This document shows, piece after piece, positions 1 through 13,386 of a DNA stretch of 64,000 nucleotides. Below the pieces are notes generated by a model. The model did not search any database. It saw only the letters and a list, made by a program, of their open reading frames with translations, and was not told the origin of the DNA. The first letter of the stretch is position 1. Each line of letters begins with the position of its first letter. Source of the stretch: an uncultured Bdellovibrionales bacterium. Its GTDB lineage: Bacteria; Bdellovibrionota; Bdellovibrionia; Bdellovibrionales; JAEYZS01. The stretch is taken from assembly GCA_964469265.1 (NCBI GenBank), contig CAYXYF010000001.1, forward strand, positions 138,766 through 202,765. The letters are read 5' to 3'. A program made the position numbers and the translations under genes.

Positions 1-553
1 CCATGGCAAAATCAATATTTGCCTCAAGGTGCGCTAACACCCAAGTGGTTTTACTCTGAATTTCTTTAATTCTTTCGCTGAGCTCGCCTTTTAGTTGTCT
101 TAAAGAACTCTCAGCTGCCCGCTTTGTTTCACTCTGAATAAGAGTAAGGATGCTTTCCGCTTGCAGAAGATCAATTCGTCCTGACATAAAGGCCCTGAAC
201 GTAAACTCGCCCCTTTCGGCCAACCTACAACCTGCCATAATTAAGTTTTGTATGATTTCTTCAGAAATCACGGGGCTCCCGTGACAGGAGATCTCTACTG
301 TCTCATCTCCCGTAAATGACTTTCCTTGTTTAAAGTAAGTCATTAAAACTTCATCAATATTTTTTGAATTATCAAGAGTCCTCAAGTTCGTGTAATAAGC
401 GCGGTGGGACTCCACAGATTCAGGAAGGTCGGCAAGCTTACGACAATACGTCAGCGCCTTTTGACCGCTCACTCTGATGACTGAGATTCCCCCATGTCCT
501 GAGGGCGTCGCTACGGCGCAAATTGTATCGTCGACTTGTCTATAGTTATACAT
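1..553 (-). CDS. mnmE: tRNA modification GTPase MnmE (TrmE), N-terminal part; the gene runs off the left edge
   Basis: Not in the ORF track because there is no stop in the window. Manual minus-strand translation from the ATG at 553 gives MYNYRQVDDTICAVATPSGHGGISVIRVSGQKAL...CHGSPV..., the conserved MnmE N-terminal domain pattern. It sits in the canonical position after yidC-jag and overlaps the jag stop by 8 nt. Confidence 0.85.
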   Translation of the reverse strand, partial: MYNYRQVDDTICAVATPSGHGGISVIRVSGQKALTYCRKLADLPESVESHRAYYTNLRTLDNSKNIDEVLMTYFKQGKSFTGDETVEISCHGSPVISEEIIQNLIMAGCRLAERGEFTFRAFMSGRIDLLQAESILTLIQSETKRAAESSLRQLKGELSERIKEIQSKTTWVLAHLEANIDFAM

Positions 554-1085
554 TTGCTCTTTTTGAACTCTCGGGTCTATCCCCTTTGGAAGGATAGATT
601 TTAATTTTTTTAAAGTGGCCTTCGCCGACAGAGCGGCTCTTTACTCGACCATCTTCCGCTAAGTACTGATGGATCACTTTTCTATCCTTCGGCGCAAGAG
701 CACGGAAGTACACAGACTTGTTTTTATCTAAAGCAATTTTCTTTAATTTGTCCGCAAGCTTTATTAGCTCTTCGCTTGCCTCTTTTCTGTAACCATTAGA
801 ATCGCACACGACGTTTATTTTTTCGGTTGGAAGTTGGTGTTGCAAAACACGCTTTAAATAAAGTTGAAAAGCATCTAAGAGCTGGCCTTCTTTATCCACT
901 AGTTCCTTTTGATCATTTCCGAAAATTTCTACTTCGATGTTTTCTTCATCTTTAGACGTAAGATCATACGAAAGATCGAAGTTTGCATGACCAAAAATTC
1001 CGTCCAAAGTTTCTTCGATAATTTGGATTGCAGTTTCACTTGGCTGGCTTTTCTTTCCACCAAATATCTTATTTAAAATTCCCAT
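546..1085 (-). CDS. jag: Jag/KhpB RNA-binding protein (Jag_N, KH-like, R3H)
   Basis: 179 aa with an R-x-x-x-H (RKVIHQYL) R3H-like C-terminus. Conserved yidC-jag-mnmE synteny. Confidence 0.8.
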   Translation of the reverse strand: MGILNKIFGGKKSQPSETAIQIIEETLDGIFGHANFDLSYDLTSKDEENIEVEIFGNDQKELVDKEGQLLDAFQLYLKRVLQHQLPTEKINVVCDSNGYRKEASEELIKLADKLKKIALDKNKSVYFRALAPKDRKVIHQYLAEDGRVKSRSVGEGHFKKIKIYPSKGDRPESSKRANV

Positions 1086-1115
1086 CTTCTTCTCCTCCTA
1101 CAGAGACATTATTTT

Positions 1116-2726
1116 CTAGTTCAGTTTCGTAACTACGCCTACTTGCTCGCCCGCGCTGGATTTGTCTTTCATGATCAGATATTGCTGTATAATCCCAAAC
1201 AGAGTGCTTACGAATATATACAAAGTAAGCCCGCTTGGAAGCGAAATCATCATTAGAGAAAAAATCACAGGCATAATTTGCATAACTTTTGCCTGAGCTG
1301 GATCCATCGTCGTTGGAGTAATTTTTTGTTGAATAAACATAGTAAGGCCCATCAATACTGGCAGAACGTAAAAGGGGTCTTTAAGGCTCAAATCCTTAAT
1401 CCATAACATAAAAGGAGCTTGATAAAGCTCAATACTCTGAGCCAACACATTATATAAGGCGATAAAAATCGGAAGCTGCAATAACATAGGCAAGCATCCA
1501 CCGATAGGGTTTACCTTCTCCCTTTTCATTAATGCCATTGTCTCAAGCTGAAGCTGTCTTGGATCCTCTTTATATCTCTCTTTGAGAGATTTTAGTAATG
1601 GCTGAATGACTTGCATCTTCTTCATTGAACGATAAGAAGTAATGTTCAGAGGCAACAAAATCATTCTAATCAGAAGAGTCACAATGATAATGGCTACACC
1701 ATAGTTTCCTACAAGCGAGTAAAGGAACTTTAAGAGAAGTAAAATTGGCTTTGCAATGACCGAGAAGAATCCAAAATCAATGATCTCTCCAAGGCGACTA
1801 TCAACTTGTTGGAGCAGTTTTAATTCTTTTGGTCCTATAAAAGTTTTTGAAGAAAAACTCTTAACCGCACCGCCAGCTTGTACATACTTTAAAGAACCAA
1901 CAGCAACACTTCTATCTAAGTCCACTCGAGCAGAAAAACTTGGCGCAAGATCAGACTCATCGATGATGGCTGTCGTAAAATAATGTTTTCCTATGGACGC
2001 AATTGAAACATTACGAAATTCGTCATCAAATATTTTTGAATCTTCTGGATCAATTCGAATGACTTCGGAGGAGCCTGAGTGAGATACAAAAACAACTTCA
2101 TAATCAAACGACGGCATCAAAAACGACGAAGATTTATCCTTAATGATTTCTTCTGTTAACATCAGTTCCACAATAGCTGGCACTTCAGACATCTCTGTAT
2201 TTGAAACCACAGTATGTTTTACAGGATCCACTGTAAGTGTTCTTGTAACGGTCATTGAGCCTGCTTGCCCAACTCCCCTAAATTCTGTATCGCTAATCTT
2301 TTCCAAACTAAAGTGCACAGAATTGCCGTTAATTTTTAATTCCCCGAGGTAATTTTCCTTACCGCCATGAGATAACAAAACTTCTGTTCCATCTCTTTCG
2401 CGAAACTGATTGAGTTTTATATTTCGCAGTCCCATACCACGAGATGAAATTTCAAAAGTAAAAGGCTCACTCTGGAAGCCAATAACTTCTTCAACCCCAT
2501 TTGCAGATGCACTCTCAGAGGCTTCCGTAGGGGCCGTCGTTTCTTGATGAGTCGGAATAGATTCAAGGCCCTTTTCAACAACTTTTTGAATTTGTTCTGG
2601 CGAAGTCACTGGATATTTTTTTGAAAGGTAATACTGCCATCCAAAGATACATCCAAACACCAAAAGAATTGCAAATAACGTTCTTGGGTCAAAGAAATTA
2701 TCATTTTTATTGTGCGGTAGATTCAT
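1116..2726 (-). CDS. yidC: membrane protein insertase YidC
   Basis: 536 aa with an N-terminal TM, a large periplasmic domain and a C-terminal multi-TM insertase core (...KKMQVIQPLLKSLKERYKEDPRQLQLETMALMKREKVNPIGGCLPMLLQLPIFIALY...). Synteny with rnpA and yidD. Confidence 0.92.
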   Translation of the reverse strand: MNLPHNKNDNFFDPRTLFAILLVFGCIFGWQYYLSKKYPVTSPEQIQKVVEKGLESIPTHQETTAPTEASESASANGVEEVIGFQSEPFTFEISSRGMGLRNIKLNQFRERDGTEVLLSHGGKENYLGELKINGNSVHFSLEKISDTEFRGVGQAGSMTVTRTLTVDPVKHTVVSNTEMSEVPAIVELMLTEEIIKDKSSSFLMPSFDYEVVFVSHSGSSEVIRIDPEDSKIFDDEFRNVSIASIGKHYFTTAIIDESDLAPSFSARVDLDRSVAVGSLKYVQAGGAVKSFSSKTFIGPKELKLLQQVDSRLGEIIDFGFFSVIAKPILLLLKFLYSLVGNYGVAIIIVTLLIRMILLPLNITSYRSMKKMQVIQPLLKSLKERYKEDPRQLQLETMALMKREKVNPIGGCLPMLLQLPIFIALYNVLAQSIELYQAPFMLWIKDLSLKDPFYVLPVLMGLTMFIQQKITPTTMDPAQAKVMQIMPVIFSLMMISLPSGLTLYIFVSTLFGIIQQYLIMKDKSSAGEQVGVVTKLN

Positions 2727-2743
2727 GTTGTCTTTTACCTCTG

Positions 2744-3055
2744 TTAGTTCGTGTTTTTACACTCTGGAACAGGATCAAAACCCTTTGCCCCAAACGGTCT
2801 ACATTTAAGTAGACGTTTCGTCGTTAATATAAATGCGGTTTTAAAATTATACTGATTAAAAGCTTGCGTCGCATAAGCGGAACACGTCGGGTGAAACCGG
2901 CACGCGCCCCCTAGAATTGGTGATAAAACAATCTGATAGGACCTTACCAATGTCAGCGCGATAATATTTAGAAACTTATCGAACTTTTTTAACGGCTGAG
3001 TCGAGTTCGTCTTTGAACTCTTTGAATGTAAGTTTTCGAAAATAACTGGCATCAC
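2744..3055 (-). CDS. yidD: membrane protein insertion efficiency factor YidD
   Basis: Conserved motif LSPILGGACRFHPTCSAYATQA. The start is uncertain: the ORF overlaps the rnpA 3' end by 80 nt and there is no internal ATG. Confidence 0.8.
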   Translation of the reverse strand: MMPVIFENLHSKSSKTNSTQPLKKFDKFLNIIALTLVRSYQIVLSPILGGACRFHPTCSAYATQAFNQYNFKTAFILTTKRLLKCRPFGAKGFDPVPECKNTN

Positions 3056-3326
3056 TATTTGCTCTAATAATAACGTTTACATCAAAGTGTTTTTCAGGGT
3101 GAAAACGCAAGTTTCTGAAATATTCCCTACACCATCTTTTAAGTCGATTTCTAAGGACTGAGCCTCCCACTTTTTTGGGAATGATCCAGCCGTATCGATT
3201 TGTGGATTCGGAGTTTTGTAGGTAGTTGAGAATTAACCAACTATTTGCGTATATTCTTTTCCCTCTTTTTTTGAGAGTTTCAAAATCACTTTTGCGACGT
3301 AAGGTTGTTATCTTCTTATTTGCCAC
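2976..3326 (-). CDS. rnpA: ribonuclease P protein component
   Basis: 116-aa basic protein with ...[15 protein letters not shown].... Lies immediately downstream of rpmH. Confidence 0.85.
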   Translation of the reverse strand: MANKKITTLRRKSDFETLKKRGKRIYANSWLILNYLQNSESTNRYGWIIPKKVGGSVLRNRLKRWCREYFRNLRFHPEKHFDVNVIIRANSDASYFRKLTFKEFKDELDSAVKKVR

Positions 3327-3465
3327 CAGCAGAAACCGTTAGTTTTTTTCTGCCCTTTGCTCTTCTTTTTGCGATAACAGTTTGGCCGCCACGAGTTGCC
3401 ATACGTGCTCTGAAACCATGAGTTGCTTTACGACGTTTTTTGCTTGGTTGATACGTCCTTTTCAT
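3316..3465 (-). CDS. rpmH: 50S ribosomal protein L34
   Basis: The internal ATG at 3465 gives [27 protein letters not shown]..., with GGAGG a few nt upstream (3472-3478 region on the minus strand). The 87-aa ORF-track version is an upstream extension. Confidence 0.95.
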   Translation of the reverse strand: MKRTYQPSKKRRKATHGFRARMATRGGQTVIAKRRAKGRKKLTVSAGGK

Positions 3466-3698
3466 TTCCTGTTCCTCCGTTTGAAGTGTAGTCGAAATGT
3501 ATACAATACCTATTCGAAATATATAAGGATTTTTTAACTTCCCAATATCTAAATAAAGGGCAGATAAATCATGACGCATCCCTGCCTGTCAAGATGTTGA
3601 AGTTTTATGCATCAATACCATTGATCATACGAGAAATTATTGCTACATCCACCTATCTTGTAATAAACCCTTTTCTAGTATTTGCAGGGGGCAAAATC

Positions 3699-5102
3699 TT
3701 GGAATCTCACATTTGGGACTCAGTAAAAAAGAATATTAAAATCAAGAATCCAGACAATGCTTACCTAAAGACATGGTTTGATCCCATTGAACTTCTTGAT
3801 ACTGAAGAGAGCCATAAGGGCACTGTGTTCAAACTGGGTGTCCCAACGGATTTCCATAAGTATTGGATATCTGAGAACTTTTTAGACCGTATTTGCCAAG
3901 AAATTTCATCCGTAGTTCAAAAACCTTTTGAAATCGAGCTCATTGTTTCACCAGAGTTAGATAATTCTGAAGCTGCGCCTACGGAGCCCTCGCCAGCGGC
4001 AGCTATCCATCCAAAAGCTGCAGCAGAAGCTCAAGCAGAATTAAGCTACTCAAGCCCTGCAAAATCTCTAAGACAGGTGCTTAATGCTGAATATACTTTT
4101 TCCACGTTTGTTGTCGGAAGAAATAACGAGTTTGCCCATGCGGCTTGTTTTAACGTCGCAAAAAATCCAGGCGGCGGTTACAACCCACTTTTTATTTGCG
4201 GTCCTTCAGGCATGGGTAAAACGCACTTGCTCAATGCTGTTGGTAACCACATTCAAGATAGTTTTCCTCAACTTAAAATTCGCTACGTTTCTACGGAAAC
4301 TTTTTTAAATGAGTTTGTCTCTGGAATTCGTCGTGGGGACATGCCAAAACTTCGAAAAAAATATCGCGATGATTGCGATGTTCTCTTGCTTGATGACATT
4401 CAAGTTCTAGGGCGAGGAGAAGCTTTTCAAGAAGAGTTTTTCCATACTCTTAATGCATTTTTTGATCGCGGCCGACAAGTTGTGGTCGCTAGTGATCGCA
4501 TGCCTCGAGAAATCACAGGTCTTGAAGATCGCATTCGAACCCGTTTGGAATGGGGTCTTATTGCAGATATTAAGATGCCGGATGTGGAAACACGAGTGGC
4601 TATCCTTAAATACAAGGCTGAAAAAAAGGGCCTTCTCGTGCCTGACGATGTGGCAAACTACATAGCTCGTATTTCAAAAAGATCCATTCGAGAACTTGAG
4701 GGCAACCTCAATAAAGTCAAAATGTTCACTGAATTAAGAGGGTTACCTATTAGCCTTGATTTGGCTAAGCATGTTTTGGTTAACCATTCATCAGAATCTC
4801 AGCAGCTGACTGTTGAGGATATTCAAAAAATGGTAAGTGACCACTTTCAAATTAAAATCTCTGATCTTAAATCGACCAACCGTTCAAAGCCCATTGTCGT
4901 TGCAAGGCAAGTTGCCATGTATTTGGTCAAAACATATTTAGAGAAATCCTTAGTTGATATTGGTAGAGCTTTCGGAAATCGCGATCACACAACTGTTATC
5001 AGCGCTTTGCGTCGGGTCGACGAACTACAGGAGAAAGATTCAGATTTACATAAGGATATCGAAGATTTAAGAAGGAAGATCCACAATACCACAGGGGTGT
5101 GA
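3699..5102 (+). CDS. dnaA: chromosomal replication initiator protein DnaA
   Basis: Walker A GPSGMGKTHLL, DDIQ box, and the C-terminal DNA-binding helix region ...VARQVAMYL...GRAFGNRDHTTVISA. I favour the TTG start at 3699 (AGGGGG 8-13 nt upstream; the protein then begins MESHIWDSVKK...). The ORF-track ATG at 3594 adds a hydrophobic, non-DnaA-like 35 aa. Confidence 0.93.
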   Translation: MESHIWDSVKKNIKIKNPDNAYLKTWFDPIELLDTEESHKGTVFKLGVPTDFHKYWISENFLDRICQEISSVVQKPFEIELIVSPELDNSEAAPTEPSPAAAIHPKAAAEAQAELSYSSPAKSLRQVLNAEYTFSTFVVGRNNEFAHAACFNVAKNPGGGYNPLFICGPSGMGKTHLLNAVGNHIQDSFPQLKIRYVSTETFLNEFVSGIRRGDMPKLRKKYRDDCDVLLLDDIQVLGRGEAFQEEFFHTLNAFFDRGRQVVVASDRMPREITGLEDRIRTRLEWGLIADIKMPDVETRVAILKYKAEKKGLLVPDDVANYIARISKRSIRELEGNLNKVKMFTELRGLPISLDLAKHVLVNHSSESQQLTVEDIQKMVSDHFQIKISDLKSTNRSKPIVVARQVAMYLVKTYLEKSLVDIGRAFGNRDHTTVISALRRVDELQEKDSDLHKDIEDLRRKIHNTTGV

Positions 5103-5335
5103 ATGTGGACTGTGGATAAGCGATGTGGGAAACAAGTGGGTTGGGTGTGGAACCAATCTTGTCCCCAAAATGATGCAAGGAGCGCTGTTTATTATTGATA
5201 AGTTTTTCCACACCAAATATGTAGTATTTCCAGGTATTTGAATCGTAATATCGGTTATCAACGGACCTACTACTACTACTGTATTTTTATATAGATATAT
5301 AAATAGTTATAAGAGACAAATTTTAAGGAAAAACA
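5077..5335. other. candidate chromosomal replication origin (oriC): DnaA-box cluster plus AT-rich unwinding region in the dnaA-dnaN spacer
   Basis: Perfect TGTGGATAA at 5111-5119. One-mismatch TTTTCCACA at 5204-5212. Weaker TGTGG-core boxes at 5104, 5124 and 5146, plus AGATCCACA at 5077-5085 and TTATCAACG at 5255-5263. (TAC)4 at 5268-5280 is followed by a ~90% AT stretch at 5281-5325 (GTATTTTTATATAGATATATAAATAGTTATAAG). Confidence 0.6.
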
Positions 5336-5337
5336 AG

Positions 5338-6465
5338 ATGGAATTAAAAATCAAACGAAGTGATCTTTTAGACCTTATCGGCAAGACTCAAAATATCGTT
5401 GAGAAGAGAAACACAATGCCTATTTTGGTAAATGTTCTCTTAGAAGCAAAAGATAATGTTTTAAAAGTATATGCAACAGATCTTGAAGTGAGCCTAACTG
5501 ATGAAACTTCTTGCAAAGTCACTTCATCTGGAAAAGTAGCAGTTGATGCAAAACAACTTTTTCAGATTGTTAAAGAGCTTAACGAAGACGGAATTATTCA
5601 GCTTAAGAGCAAAGAGAATAACTGGTTAATTATTCAGCAAGGAAAAGCTTTATTTAATTTAGTGGGTAAGAACCCAGAAGAATATCCCATCTTCCCGACT
5701 TACACTTCAGACAATTTTGTAAAAATTAAATCTTCAACTCTCAAAGAAATGATTGAGAAAACAATTTACAGCGTTTCAACGGATGAAACTCGATACCACT
5801 TGAACGGCGTTTTTTTTGAACAGATTAAAAACGGTAATTCTTTTCAGTACCGAATGGTAGCAACAGACGGTCACAGATTGTCATTGGTAGATCGTGAAAC
5901 TGGATTCGAAGTTGGAAGCGAAGTGAAGTTTGATCGTGGAGTTATTATTCCGCGTAAAGGTTTATCTGAAATTTCTAAGATACTTGAAACTTCAATGGAA
6001 GATGTTGAGTTCACTGTTGAAGGCCCGCAATTAATTTTAAAAAATAATTCAGCAGTGTTAATGATTCGTTTAATTGAAGGAAAATATCCAAACTTCTTAC
6101 AACTAATTCCAAAATCTTTATCTCGTCATATCGTAGCTTCACGTCACGAGCTCATTCAGAGTTTAAAAAGAGTTTCTTTGTTATCCAACAAGAAATCTAA
6201 AGGCATTACTGTTACCCTTTCTCAAGGAACAATGTCCATCACGAGCAATAACCCTGAATTAGGTGACGCTAAAGAAGAGATTCAAGTTAACTATGACGGT
6301 GAAGAAATTAAAATTGGTTTTAATGCTAGATACCTATTGGATATTCTAAATAGCTTCAATGAAGACGAAGTTGAAATTGAACTTAATGATCAACTTTCTC
6401 CAGGACTATTCAGACCAAAGCAAGACAACAAGTATACTTGTATCGTCATGCCTATGAGAATTTAA
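5338..6465 (+). CDS. dnaN: DNA polymerase III beta sliding clamp
   Basis: 375 aa with three-domain clamp length and pattern (MELKIKRSDLL...TDGHRL...). dnaA-dnaN-recF synteny. Confidence 0.93.
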   Translation: MELKIKRSDLLDLIGKTQNIVEKRNTMPILVNVLLEAKDNVLKVYATDLEVSLTDETSCKVTSSGKVAVDAKQLFQIVKELNEDGIIQLKSKENNWLIIQQGKALFNLVGKNPEEYPIFPTYTSDNFVKIKSSTLKEMIEKTIYSVSTDETRYHLNGVFFEQIKNGNSFQYRMVATDGHRLSLVDRETGFEVGSEVKFDRGVIIPRKGLSEISKILETSMEDVEFTVEGPQLILKNNSAVLMIRLIEGKYPNFLQLIPKSLSRHIVASRHELIQSLKRVSLLSNKKSKGITVTLSQGTMSITSNNPELGDAKEEIQVNYDGEEIKIGFNARYLLDILNSFNEDEVEIELNDQLSPGLFRPKQDNKYTCIVMPMRI

Positions 6466-6509
6466 GTTTTCATAGCGGCCTGAGTATTTCTTAATAGGTA
6501 AAACTTTAA

Positions 6510-7628
6510 GTGCGCTTAAAAAATTTAAGTCTTTATAACTTTAGAAATATCGCACAGGCTAATGTTGAATTTAAGTCGCATGTAAATATTTTTAAAGGCC
6601 TTAACGGACAAGGAAAAACCAACTTTGTTGAGTCCATTTATCTTCTCTCAAAGGGTAAGAGCTTTAGAACTTTTGATATTGGTCATTTAATAAAATCTGG
6701 TTCTGCTGAAGGAACCAGAGCCTTCGGTCAATTTTTATCAGACAACACTTCAAACGAAATTGAATTAAAGATTCTCAATCATTCCAAAACACACAGCTTA
6801 AATTCTAAAAAAACAAACTCATTAAAAACCTTTAAAGCTTTTCCAGTCATTTTGTTTTCACCAGAGAGTTTATCAGCTGTGAAGGAAGGTCCTGAGGTTC
6901 GGCGCAATCTCATAGATGAAACTTTAGTGCTAGAAGACGAAGCCCACATTAAAACCTTACAAAATTTTAGGAAGATTTTAAAATCAAAAAACCTCGTTTT
7001 AAAACAATTCAAGCAAGGAAAAATCAACTCCTCTCAGGCAAGAGATATTCTCTCTGGTCTTAATCCTGTTTTTTTAGAACATTCCGTTGAGCTTATGAAC
7101 CTGCGTACGAAAATTATCAAAAATATCCACCTCACTTTTCAACAATCCTTAGCGGAAATCACAGGCAAAAATGTGGATATACGTGTGAATTATGTGCCTA
7201 ACTTTTCAGAGGGTAAAAGTGTCGATTTTGCTAATACATTGCGTAATAAAATCGAGCAAAATATCGCCATAGAGATGGCTTCTGGACTGAGTTTATACGG
7301 TCCTCACAAAGATGATATTGTTTTTGAGTATAACGGGTCAGACAGTCGGTTTTATTGCTCTCAAGGCCAACAGAGAGCCCTTATTTTAGCGTTTAAATTC
7401 AGCCAGATCTTGTATCATAAGGCTATTTATGGTTATTATCCTATATTAATTCTCGACGACGTTTTGTCGGAATTTGATAGGGAAAAAAGATCATTTCTCA
7501 TACAGTTCTTAAACAAAAACGAAGCGCAGACATTCTTAACGACAACTGACGTGGACGACTCACTTGAGCCTTCAAATCTGGATATGTCTGTGTTGAATGT
7601 GGATCAGGGTAGGCTTCTTGAACTGTAA
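6510..7628 (+). CDS. recF: DNA replication and repair protein RecF
   Basis: GTG start. Walker A GLNGQGKTN, SMC-like signature ...CSQGQQRAL..., Walker B ILILDDV. Confidence 0.9.
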   Translation: MRLKNLSLYNFRNIAQANVEFKSHVNIFKGLNGQGKTNFVESIYLLSKGKSFRTFDIGHLIKSGSAEGTRAFGQFLSDNTSNEIELKILNHSKTHSLNSKKTNSLKTFKAFPVILFSPESLSAVKEGPEVRRNLIDETLVLEDEAHIKTLQNFRKILKSKNLVLKQFKQGKINSSQARDILSGLNPVFLEHSVELMNLRTKIIKNIHLTFQQSLAEITGKNVDIRVNYVPNFSEGKSVDFANTLRNKIEQNIAIEMASGLSLYGPHKDDIVFEYNGSDSRFYCSQGQQRALILAFKFSQILYHKAIYGYYPILILDDVLSEFDREKRSFLIQFLNKNEAQTFLTTTDVDDSLEPSNLDMSVLNVDQGRLLEL

Positions 7629-7654
7629 AAATATAGATCTATCAAAAGATTTGA

Positions 7655-10090
<2,436 letters not shown>

Positions 10091-10099
10091 GGCGTAGAG

Positions 10100-12580
10100 A
10101 TGGAACCAGTAGAAAATAAAAATGTAATTAGTGTCGATATTAATAAAGAAATGAAGGAAGCATACCTTCAGTATTCAATGAGCGTGATCGTCGGACGTGC
10201 TCTTCCTGATGCACGAGACGGATTAAAGCCAGTTCATCGTCGGATTCTTTTTGCGATGAAAGAGATGGGAAACTACCACAATAAACCCTACAAAAAATCA
10301 GCAAGAGTTGTAGGTGATGTTATTGGTAAGTACCACCCTCACGGCGATACAGCAGTTTACGATACAGCAGTTCGTATGGCTCAAGACTTTTCATTAAGAT
10401 ACCCGCTGGTTGATGGGCAAGGAAACTTTGGTTCCATCGACGGAGATAGCCCAGCTGCGATGAGGTATACGGAAATCCGTATGACTAAACTTGCAGAAGA
10501 GCTTTTAAATGATATTGAAAAAGAAACGGTTCAGTTTGGTCCTAACTATGATGACTCATTAGAGATCCCGCATGTTCTTCCAGCTAAATTTCCTAATCTA
10601 CTTGTCAACGGAAGTTCAGGAATCGCAGTTGGGATGGCAACAAATATTCCCCCGCATAATTTATCTGAAGTCATTGATGCCTGTATTGAGATTATTAATA
10701 ACCCAGAATGTACTTTTGCGGATCTTTTAAAACATGTGAAAGGGCCTGACTTCCCTACGGCGGGAACAATCGCTGGTCGTTCGGGAATCATTGACGCTTA
10801 TAAAACTGGCCGCGGTGGAATTACATTAAAAGCAGTTTGTGAAATTGAAACTTTCGGCAACGAGCGTGAAAGAATTATTGTTAAAGAACTTCCGTACCAA
10901 GTGAATAAGGCAAAGCTCATCGAGAACATAGCCGATCTTGTAAAAGATAAAAAAATCGAAGGAATTTCAGATATCCGTGATGAATCCTCTCGTGAAGGAA
11001 TGAGAGTTGTTATTGATATTAAGCGTGGCGATTCTGGTAATGTTGTTTTAAATCGGCTTTATAAATTTACACAACTTGAAACCCGCTTTGGAATTATTCT
11101 GTTGGCTCTTGATAAAGGTAGTCGTCCAAGGATTTTCAATCTCAAAGAAGCATTGGAAGCATTTGTTCAACACAGAAGAGAAGTTGTTACTAGACGTTGC
11201 ATCTATGACTTAAAGAAAGCGGAAGCACGCATTCATATCTTGCACGGGTTAAAAACAGCTCTTGATCATGTCGATGCAGTAGTTGAAACCATCAGAAAGA
11301 GCCCAGACGGCCAAACTGCAAAAGCTAACCTTATCGCAAAATTTACACTCTCGGAAGTTCAAGCACAAGCCATCTTGGATATGCGTTTACAAAGACTCAC
11401 AGGTCTTGAGCGTCAAAAAATTCTTGATGAAATTGCTGAGATCGAAAAACAAATTACCTGGTTAAAGATGGTTCTTGGCGACGTCCAAGAAATTTATAAA
11501 ATCATTGTTCAAGAGTTAGAAGAAATTAAAAAGAACTATGGTGATGAGAGACGAACACAAATTTCTCAAGAAGAATCTGAAGCTCTTGAAGATGAAGATC
11601 TCATTCAAAAAGAAAACGTGATGGTAACAATCACTCACAGCGGTTACATTAAGCGCATTCCGATTGAGACCTACCGCGCACAACGACGTGGTGGGAAAGG
11701 TTTAAAAGGCATTGAAACCCGAGAAGAAGATTTTGTTACCAATATTTTTACAGCAAATACTCACACTACGCTTTTGGTCTTTACCGATAAGGGAAAAGTT
11801 TACTGGTGTAAGGTCTTTAAACTTCCTGCGGGAACTAGAACTTCTAAAGGAAAAGCCATTGCAAACGTAGTTCAATTAGCTTCCAATGAAAAAGTCCAAG
11901 CTATCTTACCCGTTGAAGAGTTTTCTTCTGATCAGTTTGTAGTCCTGGTTACGAAAAACGGAATTATTAAAAAGACATCCCTTGATAATTTCTCTAATCC
12001 AAGACCATCAGGAATTATTGCATTAACGACGGACCTCGATGATTCCTTGGTTTGTGCACAGTTGACTTCAGGACGCGATGATATCTTTGTTGCAACAAGA
12101 AAAGGTATGTCTATTCGTTTCAGCGAGGAATCTGCTCGACCGATGGGAAGAACTGCTCGCGGTGTAAAAGCTGTGACACTAGGTAAAGAAGACCATGTGA
12201 TAGGTTGTGAAATCATAACTCCAGACTGTAAAAAAACAGTCTTGATGGTTACTGGTAAAGGTTATGGCAAACGAACCGAGACAAGTGAATATCGCTCACA
12301 GGGCCGCGGTGGCGTAGGGATCATTACTCAGAAAGTAACAGATCGAGTTGGAGATGTGATCTCAACAATCTTGGTTAGCGATGATGAAGATGTCATGCTT
12401 ATGACAGATAAGGGACAAGTTATCCGTATTAACTGCAATAAGATTTCTGTTCTCGGGCGTAACACTCAGGGCGTGAGATTGATTAATGTTAATGAATCTG
12501 AAATTGTCTCAAGTGTAGCGCGAGTTGCGAATGAAGATGAGGGCGATTCAGGTGAATCACCAGCTCCAACTCTTCAGTAG
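10100..12580 (+). CDS. gyrA: DNA gyrase subunit A
   Basis: 826 aa with GKYHPHGD (QRDR region), [10 protein letters not shown] (catalytic Tyr) and a C-terminal beta-pinwheel region. Confidence 0.97.
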   Translation: MEPVENKNVISVDINKEMKEAYLQYSMSVIVGRALPDARDGLKPVHRRILFAMKEMGNYHNKPYKKSARVVGDVIGKYHPHGDTAVYDTAVRMAQDFSLRYPLVDGQGNFGSIDGDSPAAMRYTEIRMTKLAEELLNDIEKETVQFGPNYDDSLEIPHVLPAKFPNLLVNGSSGIAVGMATNIPPHNLSEVIDACIEIINNPECTFADLLKHVKGPDFPTAGTIAGRSGIIDAYKTGRGGITLKAVCEIETFGNERERIIVKELPYQVNKAKLIENIADLVKDKKIEGISDIRDESSREGMRVVIDIKRGDSGNVVLNRLYKFTQLETRFGIILLALDKGSRPRIFNLKEALEAFVQHRREVVTRRCIYDLKKAEARIHILHGLKTALDHVDAVVETIRKSPDGQTAKANLIAKFTLSEVQAQAILDMRLQRLTGLERQKILDEIAEIEKQITWLKMVLGDVQEIYKIIVQELEEIKKNYGDERRTQISQEESEALEDEDLIQKENVMVTITHSGYIKRIPIETYRAQRRGGKGLKGIETREEDFVTNIFTANTHTTLLVFTDKGKVYWCKVFKLPAGTRTSKGKAIANVVQLASNEKVQAILPVEEFSSDQFVVLVTKNGIIKKTSLDNFSNPRPSGIIALTTDLDDSLVCAQLTSGRDDIFVATRKGMSIRFSEESARPMGRTARGVKAVTLGKEDHVIGCEIITPDCKKTVLMVTGKGYGKRTETSEYRSQGRGGVGIITQKVTDRVGDVISTILVSDDEDVMLMTDKGQVIRINCNKISVLGRNTQGVRLINVNESEIVSSVARVANEDEGDSGESPAPTLQ

Positions 12581-13373
12581 AGTTTTAGTTCTTATCTCAT
12601 GCGTGCTTTTACTGGGTTGTGAAAGCCGTACTGGCGAGTCCGCTCTAAAGGCTGCTCGCCAAAAAGCAAATACCAATCCTAAAGAAGCACTCAGCCTTTA
12701 TAGCCGCGTAATGCAAGTTAATAAAAATGAACCAATTGCACTAACAGCAGCTCTAGAGGCTTCAAGTCTTTGTCATAAAGAAAAGTCGTGCGCTGAAAAT
12801 GAAGAGTATTATTTAAGATACATTATTAAAAATTCAGACTCAGAGGCCGAGCAAATCCAGGCACAAAAACGTTTGGCTGAAGGTTATTACGAAAAAGGTT
12901 TTTATCCTCACGCAATTAATGAGATGAACCGCCTCCTCTCAAAATCAAATTTTAAAGACGGACGCTTAGAGATAAAAATTAAACTGGCAAAAAGTAACTT
13001 CTATATAAAAAACTTTTACCAATCCGAAGTTGAACTCAATTCTTATCTTAAAGAAGCAAAAACTGACGAAGACCGGTTTCATGGCTACCTACTTCGTGCA
13101 GACATTAATGCTGCCAATAAAAAATATAAAGATGCCATGGAAACCTATAAAGAAATTCAAGCACAGTTTAGGGATTTGTACTTTAGAAATCAGGTTTATA
13201 TGAATGAGGCTCTTTTACTTGAAGAACAAAAGTTCTTAGATGAGGCCGTGGTTGTTTTAGAATCTGTCAGAGATCATGTTGATCAAAACAGAGATTTTAT
13301 TGATTCCAAAATTGAACGCCTTAAAGAGCGAAAAGCCTTGATGCCAGGGGCATCAGGACGCCTCCGAAGATAG
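12525..13373 (+). CDS. TPR-like repeat lipoprotein (hypothetical)
   Basis: Lipobox LLLGC after a hydrophobic segment, followed by helical repeat-like sequence. The start is uncertain: ATGs at 12525, 12531 and 12537 all overlap the gyrA 3' end. Confidence 0.55.
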   Translation: MRMKMRAIQVNHQLQLFSRVLVLISCVLLLGCESRTGESALKAARQKANTNPKEALSLYSRVMQVNKNEPIALTAALEASSLCHKEKSCAENEEYYLRYIIKNSDSEAEQIQAQKRLAEGYYEKGFYPHAINEMNRLLSKSNFKDGRLEIKIKLAKSNFYIKNFYQSEVELNSYLKEAKTDEDRFHGYLLRADINAANKKYKDAMETYKEIQAQFRDLYFRNQVYMNEALLLEEQKFLDEAVVVLESVRDHVDQNRDFIDSKIERLKERKALMPGASGRLRR

Positions 13374-13386
13374 GGATAGGAAAAAA

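Noticed and set aside
3594-3698. The ORF-track ATG at 3594 as the dnaA start.
   Set aside because: The extra 35 residues (MLKFYASIPLIIREIIATSTYLVINPFLVFAGGKI) are hydrophobic and unlike any DnaA N-terminus. The TTG at 3699 has a G-rich RBS and yields a typical DnaA domain I start. The extension would also consume the rpmH-dnaA divergent promoter region.
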